Virus record (IMG/VR): IMGVR_UViG_3300025030_000062
Span: 1-64,000 of that record
Origin: a virus
DNA: 64,000 nt
Reading direction: 5' to 3' (one strand)
Shown here: one piece after another, positions 27,514-38,800 of the stretch
Numbering within the stretch: position 1 is the stretch's first letter
Layout of the letters: each line of letters opens with the position of its first letter
Translations under genes and position numbers: made by a program
Notes under the pieces: generated by a model
The model's input: only the letters and a program-made list of their open reading frames with translations
Database searches by the model: none
What the model was told of the DNA's origin: nothing

Positions 27514-27707
27514 TTAGCGTCTCCTTTACGTTATTCATACACTCTGAGCCGCACTTCAAACATTCGTAATCAGGTTCTCGCAAGTCTGTGGTACTACCAG
27601 TAACCGCAACGGCTATTAGTTGAGCAGGCACATTTAGTAAAGAATCCTATTTGCTTCAGCTTTCGGTGCGGAGTACCGGTTTTGCAGTTCTGGCAATAGC
27701 GGATCAT
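27503..27707 (-). pseudogene. Frameshifted Zn-ribbon ORF
   Basis: MIRYCQNC...PH... stops early; the +1 frame continues VPAQLIAVAVTG...YECLKCG. Confidence 0.45.
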
Positions 27708-27913
27708 TTCTGAGTAAGATAAGGAACGTTAGGTACTTCGCCTCTGGCTTTAGCATAAGCCATTTGAGTGTTAAGTGATCCGATGATTTTGCCTAATGCT
27801 CCGCTACCTGCGTTAACTTTAGCTACAGTGGTTTCTTCAGAAAACAGTTTCCTGGTTTCGGCGTCAAGGGCTTCTCTTAGGGTGTCAAGTTGACTTACTT
27901 TAACTTTGCTCAT
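27704..27913 (-). CDS. Small helical protein, partner of the upstream ORF
   Basis: AGGAG RBS; LREAL...GKIIGSLNTQMAYAK. Confidence 0.65.
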   Translation of the reverse strand: MSKVKVSQLDTLREALDAETRKLFSEETTVAKVNAGSGALGKIIGSLNTQMAYAKARGEVPNVPYLTQK

Positions 27914-28625
27914 TTAATTCTCCTTTTAGGTATGCACGTACTGTGCGGTTTGCTTTTATTATTGAGCGTTTAGCTTCGATAATCTGAGGGTGAAGGTCTG
28001 AAGTTGGCGTTTTAAATATTGTCGCAACATAGGATGATATTAAATCTTCCCTATCCTTTTTATGTCTAATTGCTTGTTTAGCTTTGACTTCAGTTTGACT
28101 ACGATAAAGTTTAGCTTTGTGTTTGTAGTATTCAGGGTCTTGTGAATAATTTTCTTTCATTTTTGCAAGTATTGAATCTTTATTAATAACATATCTTTCG
28201 GTAACGCAAAGTTTACAGCCTCCTGTATTATTTAAATTTTCAGGAGTTCTTTTATGACCGTTTATGCAAATGTTGCGCTTTTTAATTCGTTTCCCTTCAA
28301 GTCTTCGTTTTTTAGCCGCTTGCTCATTAGAGCATATCTTGCATCTGTTTCTACTTAGCGTGTTTTCAGGAGTTTTCAAATGACCGTTTACGCAAGTATT
28401 TTTGATGATTCCTTTGCGCTGATGTCCTGCTATATATCTATAAGGTTCACCTTTTACTAAGTTTTGACTTGGTATGTTTTGAGAAATAATGTTAGTCTTC
28501 TCACCACACCCACAATGACAGTAACCGTAAGGGATCATTTTTGCAGCCTCAACCTTTTCTTGCAGTTCGGGCATTCCTTCGGGTTCTCCACTCTCGGTTG
28601 CCATTCGTAGTTGCATTTTGGACAT
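27900..28625 (-). CDS. Cys/His-rich putative DNA-binding protein (endonuclease-associated modules, no clear catalytic HNH)
   Basis: YCHCGCGE; two CxNGHxxTPEN...CKxC repeats; GGAGG RBS before ATG 28625. Confidence 0.65.
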   Translation of the reverse strand: MSKMQLRMATESGEPEGMPELQEKVEAAKMIPYGYCHCGCGEKTNIISQNIPSQNLVKGEPYRYIAGHQRKGIIKNTCVNGHLKTPENTLSRNRCKICSNEQAAKKRRLEGKRIKKRNICINGHKRTPENLNNTGGCKLCVTERYVINKDSILAKMKENYSQDPEYYKHKAKLYRSQTEVKAKQAIRHKKDREDLISSYVATIFKTPTSDLHPQIIEAKRSIIKANRTVRAYLKGELNEQS

Positions 28626-28662
28626 TTCATTTATTCCTCCTGTATTGATTAAGTCGGTCGGA

Positions 28663-28691
28663 ATTGTATCGGAATAGGAGGAACAAGTCAA
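28663..28691 (-). promoter_or_regulatory. sigma70-like promoter of the reverse cassette
   Basis: TTGACT-17 bp-TACAAT on the - strand. Confidence 0.75.
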
Positions 28692-28849
28692 GACTTTGCT
28701 GATTATATACTTTTAATAATCCATTGGATATTTGACATTGGACCTATGAATGTGTTAAAGCTAATCATAAATTGCCAATTTACAGGAGCCTTGCTAGATA
28801 TTATCGGAATATCAATACCAGCAAGGCTTTATTAGTGTTTGAGGATTGT

Positions 28850-29308
28850 ATGTCTAACGACGGTTTTTCCCTAACAACTAAAGGAATAAACGAACTAGGT
28901 GCTAGGCTGATGGCTTTTTCTGAAAAAGTTAGCCATAAAGTTATCAGAGACGCTGCTAACGAAGCTGCTACTGTTTTCAAAAAGGAAGCTATAAACAACA
29001 TACTAACTACATGCACAAATGATAAAGTACATAATCTGAAAGTTAGAGGTGTTTATATTAAAATTAAACCTCGAAACTTGTCTAAAAACATAAGAATTAA
29101 AACTTTGAAAAAGATGAAAGACAGAACTATTGAAATGGAAGTGTATTTGAAAAAAGAACATGCCTGGTATGGCATTTTTGTGGAAAGGGGGCGTAGTAAT
29201 ATGGCTGCTAATCCATACATGTCCAGGGCTTTTGAAGCTAAGCGTGATGAAGTTCCTGAAATATTTAAAGATCGAATAGCGTTAGCTTTACGCGAAGGTG
29301 GGTTCTAA
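28850..29308 (+). CDS. HK97 gp10-like tail completion protein
   Basis: KGINELGARL...WYGIFVERGRSNMAANPYMSRAF; GAGG RBS. Confidence 0.85.
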   Translation: MSNDGFSLTTKGINELGARLMAFSEKVSHKVIRDAANEAATVFKKEAINNILTTCTNDKVHNLKVRGVYIKIKPRNLSKNIRIKTLKKMKDRTIEMEVYLKKEHAWYGIFVERGRSNMAANPYMSRAFEAKRDEVPEIFKDRIALALREGGF

Positions 29309-32300
29309 TGGCTGATGATATCAAGATTAGTATTGGTGCAAATACTGATAACTTTCAAACTGGTATTGACAAGGCGTTTAAAACAGTAAGTGAATTTGGA
29401 AATAAGAACAAAGAATTAGCCTCCCTTACAGATGTTGCTTTTAGGCAGTTGTCTAAAATAGCAGCGTCTACGGCGGGTAGTGTTCAAGCCTCGTTTAACG
29501 AGCTTAGTGTTAAATCCGACGCTTCTATGAAAGCTATGGAAGTTAGTTTAAACAAAGCAAGTGCTGCGTTTAACGTCGCATTTAATAAAATAGTTGCTGA
29601 TGCTAACACTAGTAGTAATGATGTTGAAAGAGCGTTTAGAAAACTAGGCGAACTGAACGCTACCTTGGATGCTTCAACGCTTAAGAATGAGTTTAAGACT
29701 TTAGGTATTGAGTCGGCTGCGTCTATTGAAGCTGCTAAACTCAAGATTCAGAACGCATTCGAAGAAATTAAACTGAGCGGTACTAAATCCCCACAAGATG
29801 TAACTCGCGCTCATGAAGCAATGGTTGCAAAGATTACTGAGCTTGACAATTTATTAGTAACGTCTGCCGAGAAAGTTGCTGCTGCTAGAAAGCTGTCTCT
29901 TCAAGAAATGAAAGCTACTGAGCAAGCCTTGTATGCAACTCAAGGTATGCAAGGTGAATTTGCTGCTAGCAAGTTGATAGGTCAACAGCAAGCAGGTTCT
30001 TCGTTCGCTAACGAACTTAAAGCTCAGATGGAAAGCAACGCTCAGTTTGCAAAACTCGCTGCTGAGAAAGTTAATATTGCTCATGATGAAGCTTTAGCTG
30101 AAATCAAGGTATATGAGCAAGCTGCACAAATGAATCAGAAGTTTGATTACGATAAGATTCGTTCGGCAAAAGCTGTCGCTGATGCGAAGATAAAAGCTTT
30201 GCATGACACAATGCTGGTTGAAAAAGCTGCTTATGCTTCACAGACAATGAGTAGTGCTGACGCGGCTGCTAAATTAATTGGTCAACCGTTAGCAGGTTCT
30301 GGTTTTTCCAATACCTTGAAAACTCAGATGGAAGAAGCTGCTAGATTAAACGAGCTTATGGTTCGTGAAATGGCTTCTTACGCTGCTGCTGCGATGCAGG
30401 GTGAAGCTGCTGCTGCAAAGCTCACAGGTCAATTACAAGCAGGTTCTGGCTTTGCAGCACAGTTGAAAGCTCAGATGGAAGGTGTTGCTCAAGAAACCGA
30501 ACTGAGTGCAAAACGCTTTAAAGAACTCGCTGCTGCTGAAGAATACGCACTTAGAAACAAGGGTGCGAACACCGACAGACTTCAAGGCTCCTTTGACGTT
30601 CTCGGCCTGAAATCCTCGCTGAACATTGAAGCTGAACGTGCTAAGGTTATTGCTGCATTCGATAAGATTAAAGTTTCTGGTGTGGCAAGTGCAAATGAAA
30701 TCAAGCAAGCTCATGTCGCAATGAAGCGTAAGCTTGATGAAATTGAGGGTGTGAAACCTCCTGCTGATAAACATGCTCACAGCATCAATCTTTTAAGTTT
30801 AGCTTCCATTGCAGCAATCGCTAAAGTTCAAATTTTATACTCGTTAATCAATCAGACAATGAGTTTGATTGGTAGCTTACCTAGCACTGCTATAGATGCT
30901 ATTGAAACTTTCCAGTCTTCAATGATCAAAAACGCTGCTGTTATTACCTCTATGGGCGGTGGTGTAGCTGATATTGGTAAAGCTTACCAGGAGAACAAAA
31001 AGTACGCCGAAGCTGTTCAGAACGTGCTTGTTAAGATGGATGCTCACACTATAGCATCTTATAAACAACTTCAATTGATGAATGACGCCTTTGTTAATCA
31101 AGGTGTGTTCATTGACATTAATAACAAGAAACAACTTCAGGGTTATCAGAACACTGCTAACGCCTTGGCTACTATTTCTGCTGGTATGTCAAACCCTGAT
31201 ATGCAGTTCAGCCAGGAAATACGCGGCCTGCTGAACGGTGAAGATAAGCCTACTAACATGCTGTTCAGGCAATTGAAGGCCATTGATCCGCTCTTGAAGG
31301 ATCACTTGGCTGATTGGAAGAAGATTGCTGCTGAAACCGGTAATGCGGGTTACGTGCTTGAGAAGCTTGGGCCGCTGCTTGTTGGTTATGCTGCTGCGTC
31401 CGGTGATATTGATTCGCTTTGGACTACTGTTAAATCTACCATGAGCACTATCAGGGATGAAGTGCTGCGTGGTGGATTGAAAGAAGGGTTTGAAGAGATA
31501 GTTGTTCAGATGAAGGAGATTGCTAAGCAAGCAAATGATAACAAAGAAAAGATTCAAGCAATGCTTAAAGATGGCTTCGGTTGGGCTAAAGTAGCAGCAG
31601 AGTACTTATGGAATGTGGGCAAAGCGGCTGCTTATCTCGCTGAGCCTGCAATTTGGTTAGGTATATCTGCTGGTATTATTAAAGTAGCTACGTCTATGAC
31701 AACGCTTACTTCTGAAATTACTTTAGCTACTGCTGGTTTGAACATATTGGTTGCTGGTTTGATTGCGGCTGCTGCTTATACAGGTAAAGAATATTTTAAA
31801 GCTGAAGAAATGGAGTCGCGGCTTAATAATATTAAATCAATGTCGGTTGATGGTACTAAAGGTTCGCTTGCTGCTGGTTTGCAGCGTGAACGAGTAGATC
31901 GTCTTACTACAACTGATTTAGAAAAGATTCTTAAGTCTAATCCTTTAGCTTCTGATGCAGAAATTGCAGAGTGGGTCAAAGCTGGTGCGATTAAGAAGTC
32001 TTCGTTAGGGGATAAAGGTGACGCTGCTACTATTCTAGGCTCTGTTGGTTTATCTGTAGACCAAAGAGCTATAGAAGCAATGAAAGATGACGCTATTGCC
32101 GCTAAAGCGCCTAAGATTCCTAAAGCGCCGAAAGGCGGCGGTGACGTTACTGATCTTAAAAACAACGCTACATCTGCTGACAATGCATATCTTGCTTACT
32201 CCAAAGCGTTTGATGAAAGAGTTGCGACGCAAACTGAGATTGCTAACAACAATCTTATTGAGATTAACCGTCAAAGTTACGAATGGGGCTTGATTGACCT

Positions 32301-33789
32301 TAAGACTTACTTGAATGAGAAAGCAAGACTTACCGAGTCTTCGCTTCAAGCTGACGTTGAGGCTAAAAGAAGTGAACTTAAAGATGCCGAAACTCATCAG
32401 AAAGAGGCATATTCTAAAGAAATAACTAACAAAAAAGGTGTTAGGAACTTTGACGCTGAAGCTTTAGCACAAACTAAAGCTGATACTAAAGTAGAGCAAG
32501 CTCAAAAGGCGCTTATTGAGGTTGAAGGAAAGCTTGCTGATACTAAGATTAAGAATGCTGATTCTGGAAAGCTTGCTACTATAACTTCTATTCGCGGTTA
32601 TCAGGAAGAACGAATCGCTTTCCTTGAAATGCAGAACGATTTCACAGGTGCTACTGCGATTCGTAAGAAGCTGATGGAAGAAGATGTTCGCAGACTCCAG
32701 ATGGTGGCTGATACTTATAGTGAGAATGATGAAATAAGATTAGTTGCTATTGCTGCACTTGCGGCTGCTAAAGCTTTGGATGCTAATGATACCGATGTTG
32801 CTATTTATAAACAGACTGAAGGTTATAAACAGCTTCAGATTCAAATTCTTGAGATGACTGGACAGTATGAAAAAGCTGCTATTGCAAGGCGTGCTTTTGA
32901 ACAGTCTAGCCCCACTTACAATAACTTAACACCTGAAGAACAAGCAGAGCGCGATAAGCTTTCCGCTTTTGATGTGTCGCAAGGTCAAGCGAAAGATAAG
33001 CAACGTATTTGGGATAACGCTTCTAAAATGCAATCGGCTTTTGGCGGTGCTAACTACGGCTCTCAGATTGCTGGTATTGATAGCGAATACGATGCAGAAA
33101 GTCAGAAGTTGCGTGATACGTATGCAACACAGCTTATTGACAAGAAAAAGTTCGACGAAGAAATGCTTCAACTTGATAAGCAATACGCGGCTCAGAAAGC
33201 AGCGTTAGGTCTGTCTATTGTTGAAAATTCTTTAAACATCGCAAAGCAAGGTTTTGCTGATAGTAAGGCAATGCAAGTTGTTATCTTAGCAATGGAAACT
33301 TCAATTGCAATTGCAAGAATAATGATGAATTCTGCTGTTGCTAAGAGCGCAGCAATCGCATCTGCTCAGATGGCTGGTCCTTTAAGTCCTGCAATGGAAG
33401 CTGCTGCGATATCGCGTATTAGTGCTTACGAAGCAATGTCAATCGGCTTAGTTATGGCCGGTGGCGCGATCCAGGGAATGCAAATCGCAGGAGGCCGCGC
33501 CAACGGTGGATCGGTAATCGCGGGTCAAACTTACGTTGTCAACGAAAATCGTGCGTCTCAGGGTCCAGAATACTTTACTCCCGGTGTAAATGGTGTTATA
33601 ACACCGGCTAGCAAGCTTGGTGGCTCTACTTACGCGCCGGTTTATAACATTGATGCTCGTAACTCTACATTAAATGAGCAACAGATTACTTCAATAGTTA
33701 AAAGAGCGAACGAAACAACCAAAGCTGAAATACTTAATTCAATGAATCGTGGTGGAGAGTTTGCACTTGCTTCAGGGAGGGTACGTTGA
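29308..33789 (+). CDS. Tape measure protein
   Basis: 1493 aa, Ala/Lys-rich helical; C-terminal GGRANGGSV...YVVNE...PEYFTP. Confidence 0.95.
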   Translation: MADDIKISIGANTDNFQTGIDKAFKTVSEFGNKNKELASLTDVAFRQLSKIAASTAGSVQASFNELSVKSDASMKAMEVSLNKASAAFNVAFNKIVADANTSSNDVERAFRKLGELNATLDASTLKNEFKTLGIESAASIEAAKLKIQNAFEEIKLSGTKSPQDVTRAHEAMVAKITELDNLLVTSAEKVAAARKLSLQEMKATEQALYATQGMQGEFAASKLIGQQQAGSSFANELKAQMESNAQFAKLAAEKVNIAHDEALAEIKVYEQAAQMNQKFDYDKIRSAKAVADAKIKALHDTMLVEKAAYASQTMSSADAAAKLIGQPLAGSGFSNTLKTQMEEAARLNELMVREMASYAAAAMQGEAAAAKLTGQLQAGSGFAAQLKAQMEGVAQETELSAKRFKELAAAEEYALRNKGANTDRLQGSFDVLGLKSSLNIEAERAKVIAAFDKIKVSGVASANEIKQAHVAMKRKLDEIEGVKPPADKHAHSINLLSLASIAAIAKVQILYSLINQTMSLIGSLPSTAIDAIETFQSSMIKNAAVITSMGGGVADIGKAYQENKKYAEAVQNVLVKMDAHTIASYKQLQLMNDAFVNQGVFIDINNKKQLQGYQNTANALATISAGMSNPDMQFSQEIRGLLNGEDKPTNMLFRQLKAIDPLLKDHLADWKKIAAETGNAGYVLEKLGPLLVGYAAASGDIDSLWTTVKSTMSTIRDEVLRGGLKEGFEEIVVQMKEIAKQANDNKEKIQAMLKDGFGWAKVAAEYLWNVGKAAAYLAEPAIWLGISAGIIKVATSMTTLTSEITLATAGLNILVAGLIAAAAYTGKEYFKAEEMESRLNNIKSMSVDGTKGSLAAGLQRERVDRLTTTDLEKILKSNPLASDAEIAEWVKAGAIKKSSLGDKGDAATILGSVGLSVDQRAIEAMKDDAIAAKAPKIPKAPKGGGDVTDLKNNATSADNAYLAYSKAFDERVATQTEIANNNLIEINRQSYEWGLIDLKTYLNEKARLTESSLQADVEAKRSELKDAETHQKEAYSKEITNKKGVRNFDAEALAQTKADTKVEQAQKALIEVEGKLADTKIKNADSGKLATITSIRGYQEERIAFLEMQNDFTGATAIRKKLMEEDVRRLQMVADTYSENDEIRLVAIAALAAAKALDANDTDVAIYKQTEGYKQLQIQILEMTGQYEKAAIARRAFEQSSPTYNNLTPEEQAERDKLSAFDVSQGQAKDKQRIWDNASKMQSAFGGANYGSQIAGIDSEYDAESQKLRDTYATQLIDKKKFDEEMLQLDKQYAAQKAALGLSIVENSLNIAKQGFADSKAMQVVILAMETSIAIARIMMNSAVAKSAAIASAQMAGPLSPAMEAAAISRISAYEAMSIGLVMAGGAIQGMQIAGGRANGGSVIAGQTYVVNENRASQGPEYFTPGVNGVITPASKLGGSTYAPVYNIDARNSTLNEQQITSIVKRANETTKAEILNSMNRGGEFALASGRVR

Positions 33790-34394
33790 CCATACTAAGT
33801 TTGCCCACATTTAGTAGAACAGCACCGTCCTTTCAGACATTTTCATTGATGCCTAATACGGCTAGTTTCACTTCTCCGCTCAACGGTGCAGTTCAGACTT
33901 CTGAACTTCCTGGTGCAAGGTGGGTGTCAACATTTGGTTGGAATGGTTTGACTGATTTAGATGTTCGTATTTTGAAAGCATGGCTCAACAAGCTCTCAGG
34001 GCGAGCAGGCCGCTTCTACCTCACCGACTATACGCACAAAACACCGTCAGGAACGGCCCAAGGTTCGCCTGTAGTCAACGGGGCGAGCCAGACAGGTCGT
34101 ACCCTTGTCACGTCAGGATGGACGCCAAATCAGACCGCCTTGCTCCTTCCTGGCGATTATTTTAGTGTTGGCTCTCAGCTTTGCGTGATTACCGAAACTG
34201 CTTCGGCTGACGGTAGTGGTAATGCTACGCTGACTTTTGAACCTCCGCTTAGGTTAAGTCCTAGCAATGCGCTTACTGTCGTAACCGCTTCCCCTAAATG
34301 TATAATGATGCTTGAAGATGATAAACAAGACAACTTTCCGTTTCAGGAAAAGAATAACTCTTCCGTCTCAATCAAATGCTTGGAGATGTTCTAA
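33786..34394 (+). CDS. Distal tail protein (Dit-like)
   Basis: FTSPLNGAVQT...GARW; VNGASQTG; PGDYF; FEPPLR; follows the TMP. Confidence 0.75.
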   Translation: MTILSLPTFSRTAPSFQTFSLMPNTASFTSPLNGAVQTSELPGARWVSTFGWNGLTDLDVRILKAWLNKLSGRAGRFYLTDYTHKTPSGTAQGSPVVNGASQTGRTLVTSGWTPNQTALLLPGDYFSVGSQLCVITETASADGSGNATLTFEPPLRLSPSNALTVVTASPKCIMMLEDDKQDNFPFQEKNNSSVSIKCLEMF

Positions 34395-35477
34395 GTGCGA
34401 AGCTTAACTGCATCAGCGAAAAACGCATTTTCACAACTGAACTTTCCATCTTTGGCTCTAGTTGAACTAGACTTTGCTGATGGGTTTGTGAGAGTTTGTA
34501 ATGCTGCTTATACTTTTAATTGGGATTCGAAGGGCAATTTAATTACAGATACTGAAGCTCTTTCTTCTCATACTTTATATACGGTAGGTTTGTCGTCTGA
34601 AATAACTGATTTAGGTTCTAGTATTTCAAACGGCGTTGCTCATGTTTATTTTTCTCGTACCGGTACAAGCGGCTCTGATCGAAGAATAAGAACATCAAAT
34701 GGAAGTTATTCTATATCAGTTGATAAGACTCAAGTTTCCACGCTCACATTTGATTTTAAACAAGTACAGGGTTTTGTTGATTTTTATGCACTAGGTTCTG
34801 CTGTTGACGATCAAGCTAATTCACACTCCCGAATTTTTACGATTGCTTCAAACGGAACAATAACCGCTTATTCAGGGTGCTTGATTTCGGATCAAATTGT
34901 TCTTGAAAATGGATTTACACGCATTTCTGTGAAGATTCCAGCTTCTTTTTGGACAGGTTCGGGTGCAACTTTTTATATTTTTGTAGGTGGTGGTTGGACT
35001 ACTGTTGAGACAAAAGAATATTACTACACTAATCCGACGTTTGTTCAAGACGGAACTCAGTGGCTCGGTATCGGTACGCTAGGTTCAATTGAAGCAATTA
35101 CTGAAGGAACTGCGTTACAAATGTACGGTTGTCAATTAACTCTTTCTGGTATTCCTCCTGAAGTTATCAGTGAGGCATTTACCCAAACTTATCAGGGCCG
35201 TTCTGCTACAATCTGGCTTGCACCTTTGACCGAAGATTATGTTATAATTGCCGATCCTGTTGTAGTGTTCAAAGGTAGAATGGATACAATGGATATTGCT
35301 TTAGGTGAGACTTGTACTGTAACCGTTAGTGTTGAAAGTCGCCTTGTTGATTGGGAGCGTCCTAGAATTAGACGTTTTAACGATGAAGATCAGCGTAGCG
35401 AATATCCGAATGATCGTGGATTTAGATATGTTGATCAGATGATACAGAAAGATTTGAAATGGAACCGGAGTAATTAA
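34395..35477 (+). CDS. Tail tip/hub protein (gpL-like) with an inserted beta domain
   Basis: LVELDFADGFVRV...[insert]...WLGIGTLGSI, LSGIP, FKGRMD, DQRSEYPNDRGF. Confidence 0.75.
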   Translation: MRSLTASAKNAFSQLNFPSLALVELDFADGFVRVCNAAYTFNWDSKGNLITDTEALSSHTLYTVGLSSEITDLGSSISNGVAHVYFSRTGTSGSDRRIRTSNGSYSISVDKTQVSTLTFDFKQVQGFVDFYALGSAVDDQANSHSRIFTIASNGTITAYSGCLISDQIVLENGFTRISVKIPASFWTGSGATFYIFVGGGWTTVETKEYYYTNPTFVQDGTQWLGIGTLGSIEAITEGTALQMYGCQLTLSGIPPEVISEAFTQTYQGRSATIWLAPLTEDYVIIADPVVVFKGRMDTMDIALGETCTVTVSVESRLVDWERPRIRRFNDEDQRSEYPNDRGFRYVDQMIQKDLKWNRSN

Positions 35478-35882
35478 ATGAGACATCAAGATTGGCCTAA
35501 AAGGTTTAATGCTTTGGTTCAATCAGCTTCAAACAGGCCTTTTGTGTGGGGAAAACACGATTGCTGCTTGTTTGCAGCTGATGTTGTTTATGAATTAACT
35601 GGTATTGATCATGCTCAGTTTTTGCGCGGTAGATATAAAACTCATCTAGGTGCAGCCAGAATTGTAAAGAAACTAGGTGGTGTTAAAGCTATTGCTGTAA
35701 ATGCTCTAGGTGATGAAATTCAGCCGTTGTTAGCCCAAAGAGGTGACATTGTGCTTATAAAAACTAAAGAGTTTGGTGATACTTTGGCTGTGTGTGCCGG
35801 TGAATACTGCCTTGCACCTGGATATGATGGCTTAGCTAAGGTTTCTATTAAAGAAGCTGTTGATGCGTGGAGGGTTGTTTAA
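35478..35882 (+). CDS. NlpC/P60-like tail protein (DUF6950-like)
   Basis: PFVWGKHDCCLFAAD, AQRGDIV. Confidence 0.85.
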   Translation: MRHQDWPKRFNALVQSASNRPFVWGKHDCCLFAADVVYELTGIDHAQFLRGRYKTHLGAARIVKKLGGVKAIAVNALGDEIQPLLAQRGDIVLIKTKEFGDTLAVCAGEYCLAPGYDGLAKVSIKEAVDAWRVV

Positions 35883-38800
35883 TGCCTCCTTTAGCGGCGG
35901 CTGTTGCTGCTTATCTATCAGTTTCTACAGCAATGGCATATATGGTAATAGTCAGTGCTGTTCTGACGCTAGCCTCTGTAGCTTACTCAGCTTATATGAT
36001 GGCTACAATGGAAGCGCCTGCTCAACCTGACGCTTCTAAACGCTTGCAAACTGTGCGTTCATCTGTACAGCCTCATAGGGTTATCTACGGCGAGTGCATG
36101 ACAAGCGGGGTGCTCGTCTATGCTCAGACTCATTCAATTGATCCTTCTACTGGCGAACTGGACAACGAAGGTGAGAACAAATACATATCACTAGTTGTTG
36201 CTTTTACTGGTCATGAAGTTGAAGAAATAAAAGAAGTTTGGTTTAACGATAAAATTTCTTCAGATTCTGTGTTCATTAAACATGTTAATGCTGTTCCGGC
36301 TGAAGGATATTTTGTAGGAGGTAGTGATTCTGATCCTATAGGAACTTTTGTCGAAACTAAAGCCGCTATTCCTGAACACGATGAAGTTTACGCTACTGTT
36401 TTCAAATACACTGGTACTGCAACTCAAGAAGCAAATGATTTTCTTATAAGTCTTCCGGCTAAACCTTCTAATATTGTTTCTAAAAACCCAACGTCAGGTT
36501 TAAATGATCTAGTTATTAATAATTTTGATGGTTCTCCTTTAGGTCCTTATAATCAGCAAGGAATGTGTTCTATAACTTTAACTGTTACTGATACAGACCC
36601 TTCAGGCGATACAGTTAGTTGGGTTCAAGATATCTATACTTCAGAAGGACTGGTAGCAAATAACGCTTCTGGTACGTTTGTAATGCCTGGACCTGATACA
36701 GCAATTTCATTGGCTAATGGAATTGTTTTATGGTTCGGTTCTTATGACGGTAGCGGAAACGGCATTAGAAACAATACAGGTCACAGTATCGGTCAAATTT
36801 GGGAAATTCGAGCCTTTGACGGCGCTCCTTGGACTTCGGAATGCAGATTACAAGGAAGATCGTATGTTGTCGCTACTTTGGAGTACAGTGATAAAGCATT
36901 TCCTACAGGCTTGCCTAATATCAAAGCTTTGATAAAAGGTAACAATCAAATTTATGATCCTCGTACTGATACAACAGGTTATAGTGACAATTGGGCTTTG
37001 TGCGTTCGTGATTATCTTACAAAACCTTATGGTTTAAATGCGCCTGTTTCTGATATTAATGAAACAACTGCTATTGCAGCGGCTAACATTTGTGATGAAT
37101 CTATTGAACTTGCTAATAGCGGTAGTCAGAATCGTTATACTATAAACGGTTCATTCACTTTAGATAAAACGCCTACCTCTATCATGAACGAGATTTTAGC
37201 TACTGCTTACGGGGCTATTACTTGGACGCAAGGACAGTACAGAATCCTTCCAGCAGCGTTTTACGCGCCTGATTTGACGTTTCATGGCATGAATGCCAGC
37301 GTACCAGGGCTGACTGAATCTGATCTAAGAGGGCAACTTAAGGTTCGTCCTGCGCCGTCATTGAAAGATAAATTTAATGCCGTTAAAGGAACTTACGTTT
37401 CGCCTGAAACTTGGCAAATGGTGGACTTTCCTAAAGTTGGCAATGAGTTTTATCAGGATCAAGACGGTTATGAAATAGTAAAAGATGTTCAACTTACTTA
37501 CGTTACCAATTCTGTTAGAGCGCAGCGTATTGCTAAAATAATGCTTGAGAAAAGCAGACAAGGAATAATGGTTGATTTCCCTGCTAAATGGTCTGCATTT
37601 CCTTTAGCGGTGGGCGACGTTGTTCCTATTACCATTGCAAAACTCGGTTGGGATCAAAAGCTTTTTACTATAAGAGACTGGAAAATGCATTCTGAAGGAG
37701 GCGTTGACCTTAGTTTACAGGAAGAAGCTGAAGAGTGCTATGATTGGAATTTTGGCGAGGAAACAACTACTGATTTAGCGCAAGATACCTTATTGCCCGA
37801 TCCTAGATACGTTTCATTAGTTACAGGATTGGTGGTAGGAGAAGAGTTATACGCTACCAATGTGGGCAGCATTGTTAAGTCTCGTGTAATTTTAACTTGG
37901 AACAACATGGGACTTAGACAATACGAAGCTAATTACAAACCTTCTAATAATACTATTTGGACTCCACTTCCTTTAACTTTGGATACAACTTGTGTTGTTG
38001 ATGATACGATTCCCGGAACTTATAATTTTAGAGTTAGAGGAATGAACTTTTTAGGCGTATGGGGTGATTGGTCAACTATTAGTTATTTGGTGAAAGGCAA
38101 ACTTGCTCCACCTCCTAATGTTGATAGCTTTTTGATCACACCTCAACAAGACGGTACTAGAACACTAAGTTGGCTGATGCATAACGCTCCTTTAGACTTG
38201 GCTGGTTGGAGAATTAAGTTTAGACGTGGCACTGATGCTGGTTTGTGGTCTACTATGACTGCTTTGCATAGCGGTTTGCTGATATCTTCTCCTTTTGAAA
38301 GTAATCAATTGTCGGCAGGTGATTATGTTTTCGGCATTGTTGCTGTTGATACAACTGGTAACGAATCACTAAATCCGCTCTATATTCAAACTACGCTTCC
38401 TGATCCCCGAATGACAAATGTGTGGACATCATCTTTGAATATGGATGGAGATTGGCCTGGAATAAAGATAAACTGTTATGTAAATAGTGAAGGTGCTTTA
38501 GAAGCAAACGATATTTCTTCTTGGAATACAATACCTGCAACCTGGGCTGAATGGACTAGATGGAATTGGAATTCTTTTACAAGCTTTGTTTATGAAACTT
38601 CGTCTATAGATTTAGGTCATTCTTTATATTTTACACCTCAAGTCACAGCCTTTGGAGTAGGAAATATAACAATAGAAATGATTACTTCTTTGGACAATTC
38701 TTCTTGGAATAGTTGGAGTGTTTTAGAAAAAACGCAAGCTCGCTATGTTAAGTTTAAAGCGTCTGTAATTAGCAATGACGCTGAGTTATTTATTAACTTA

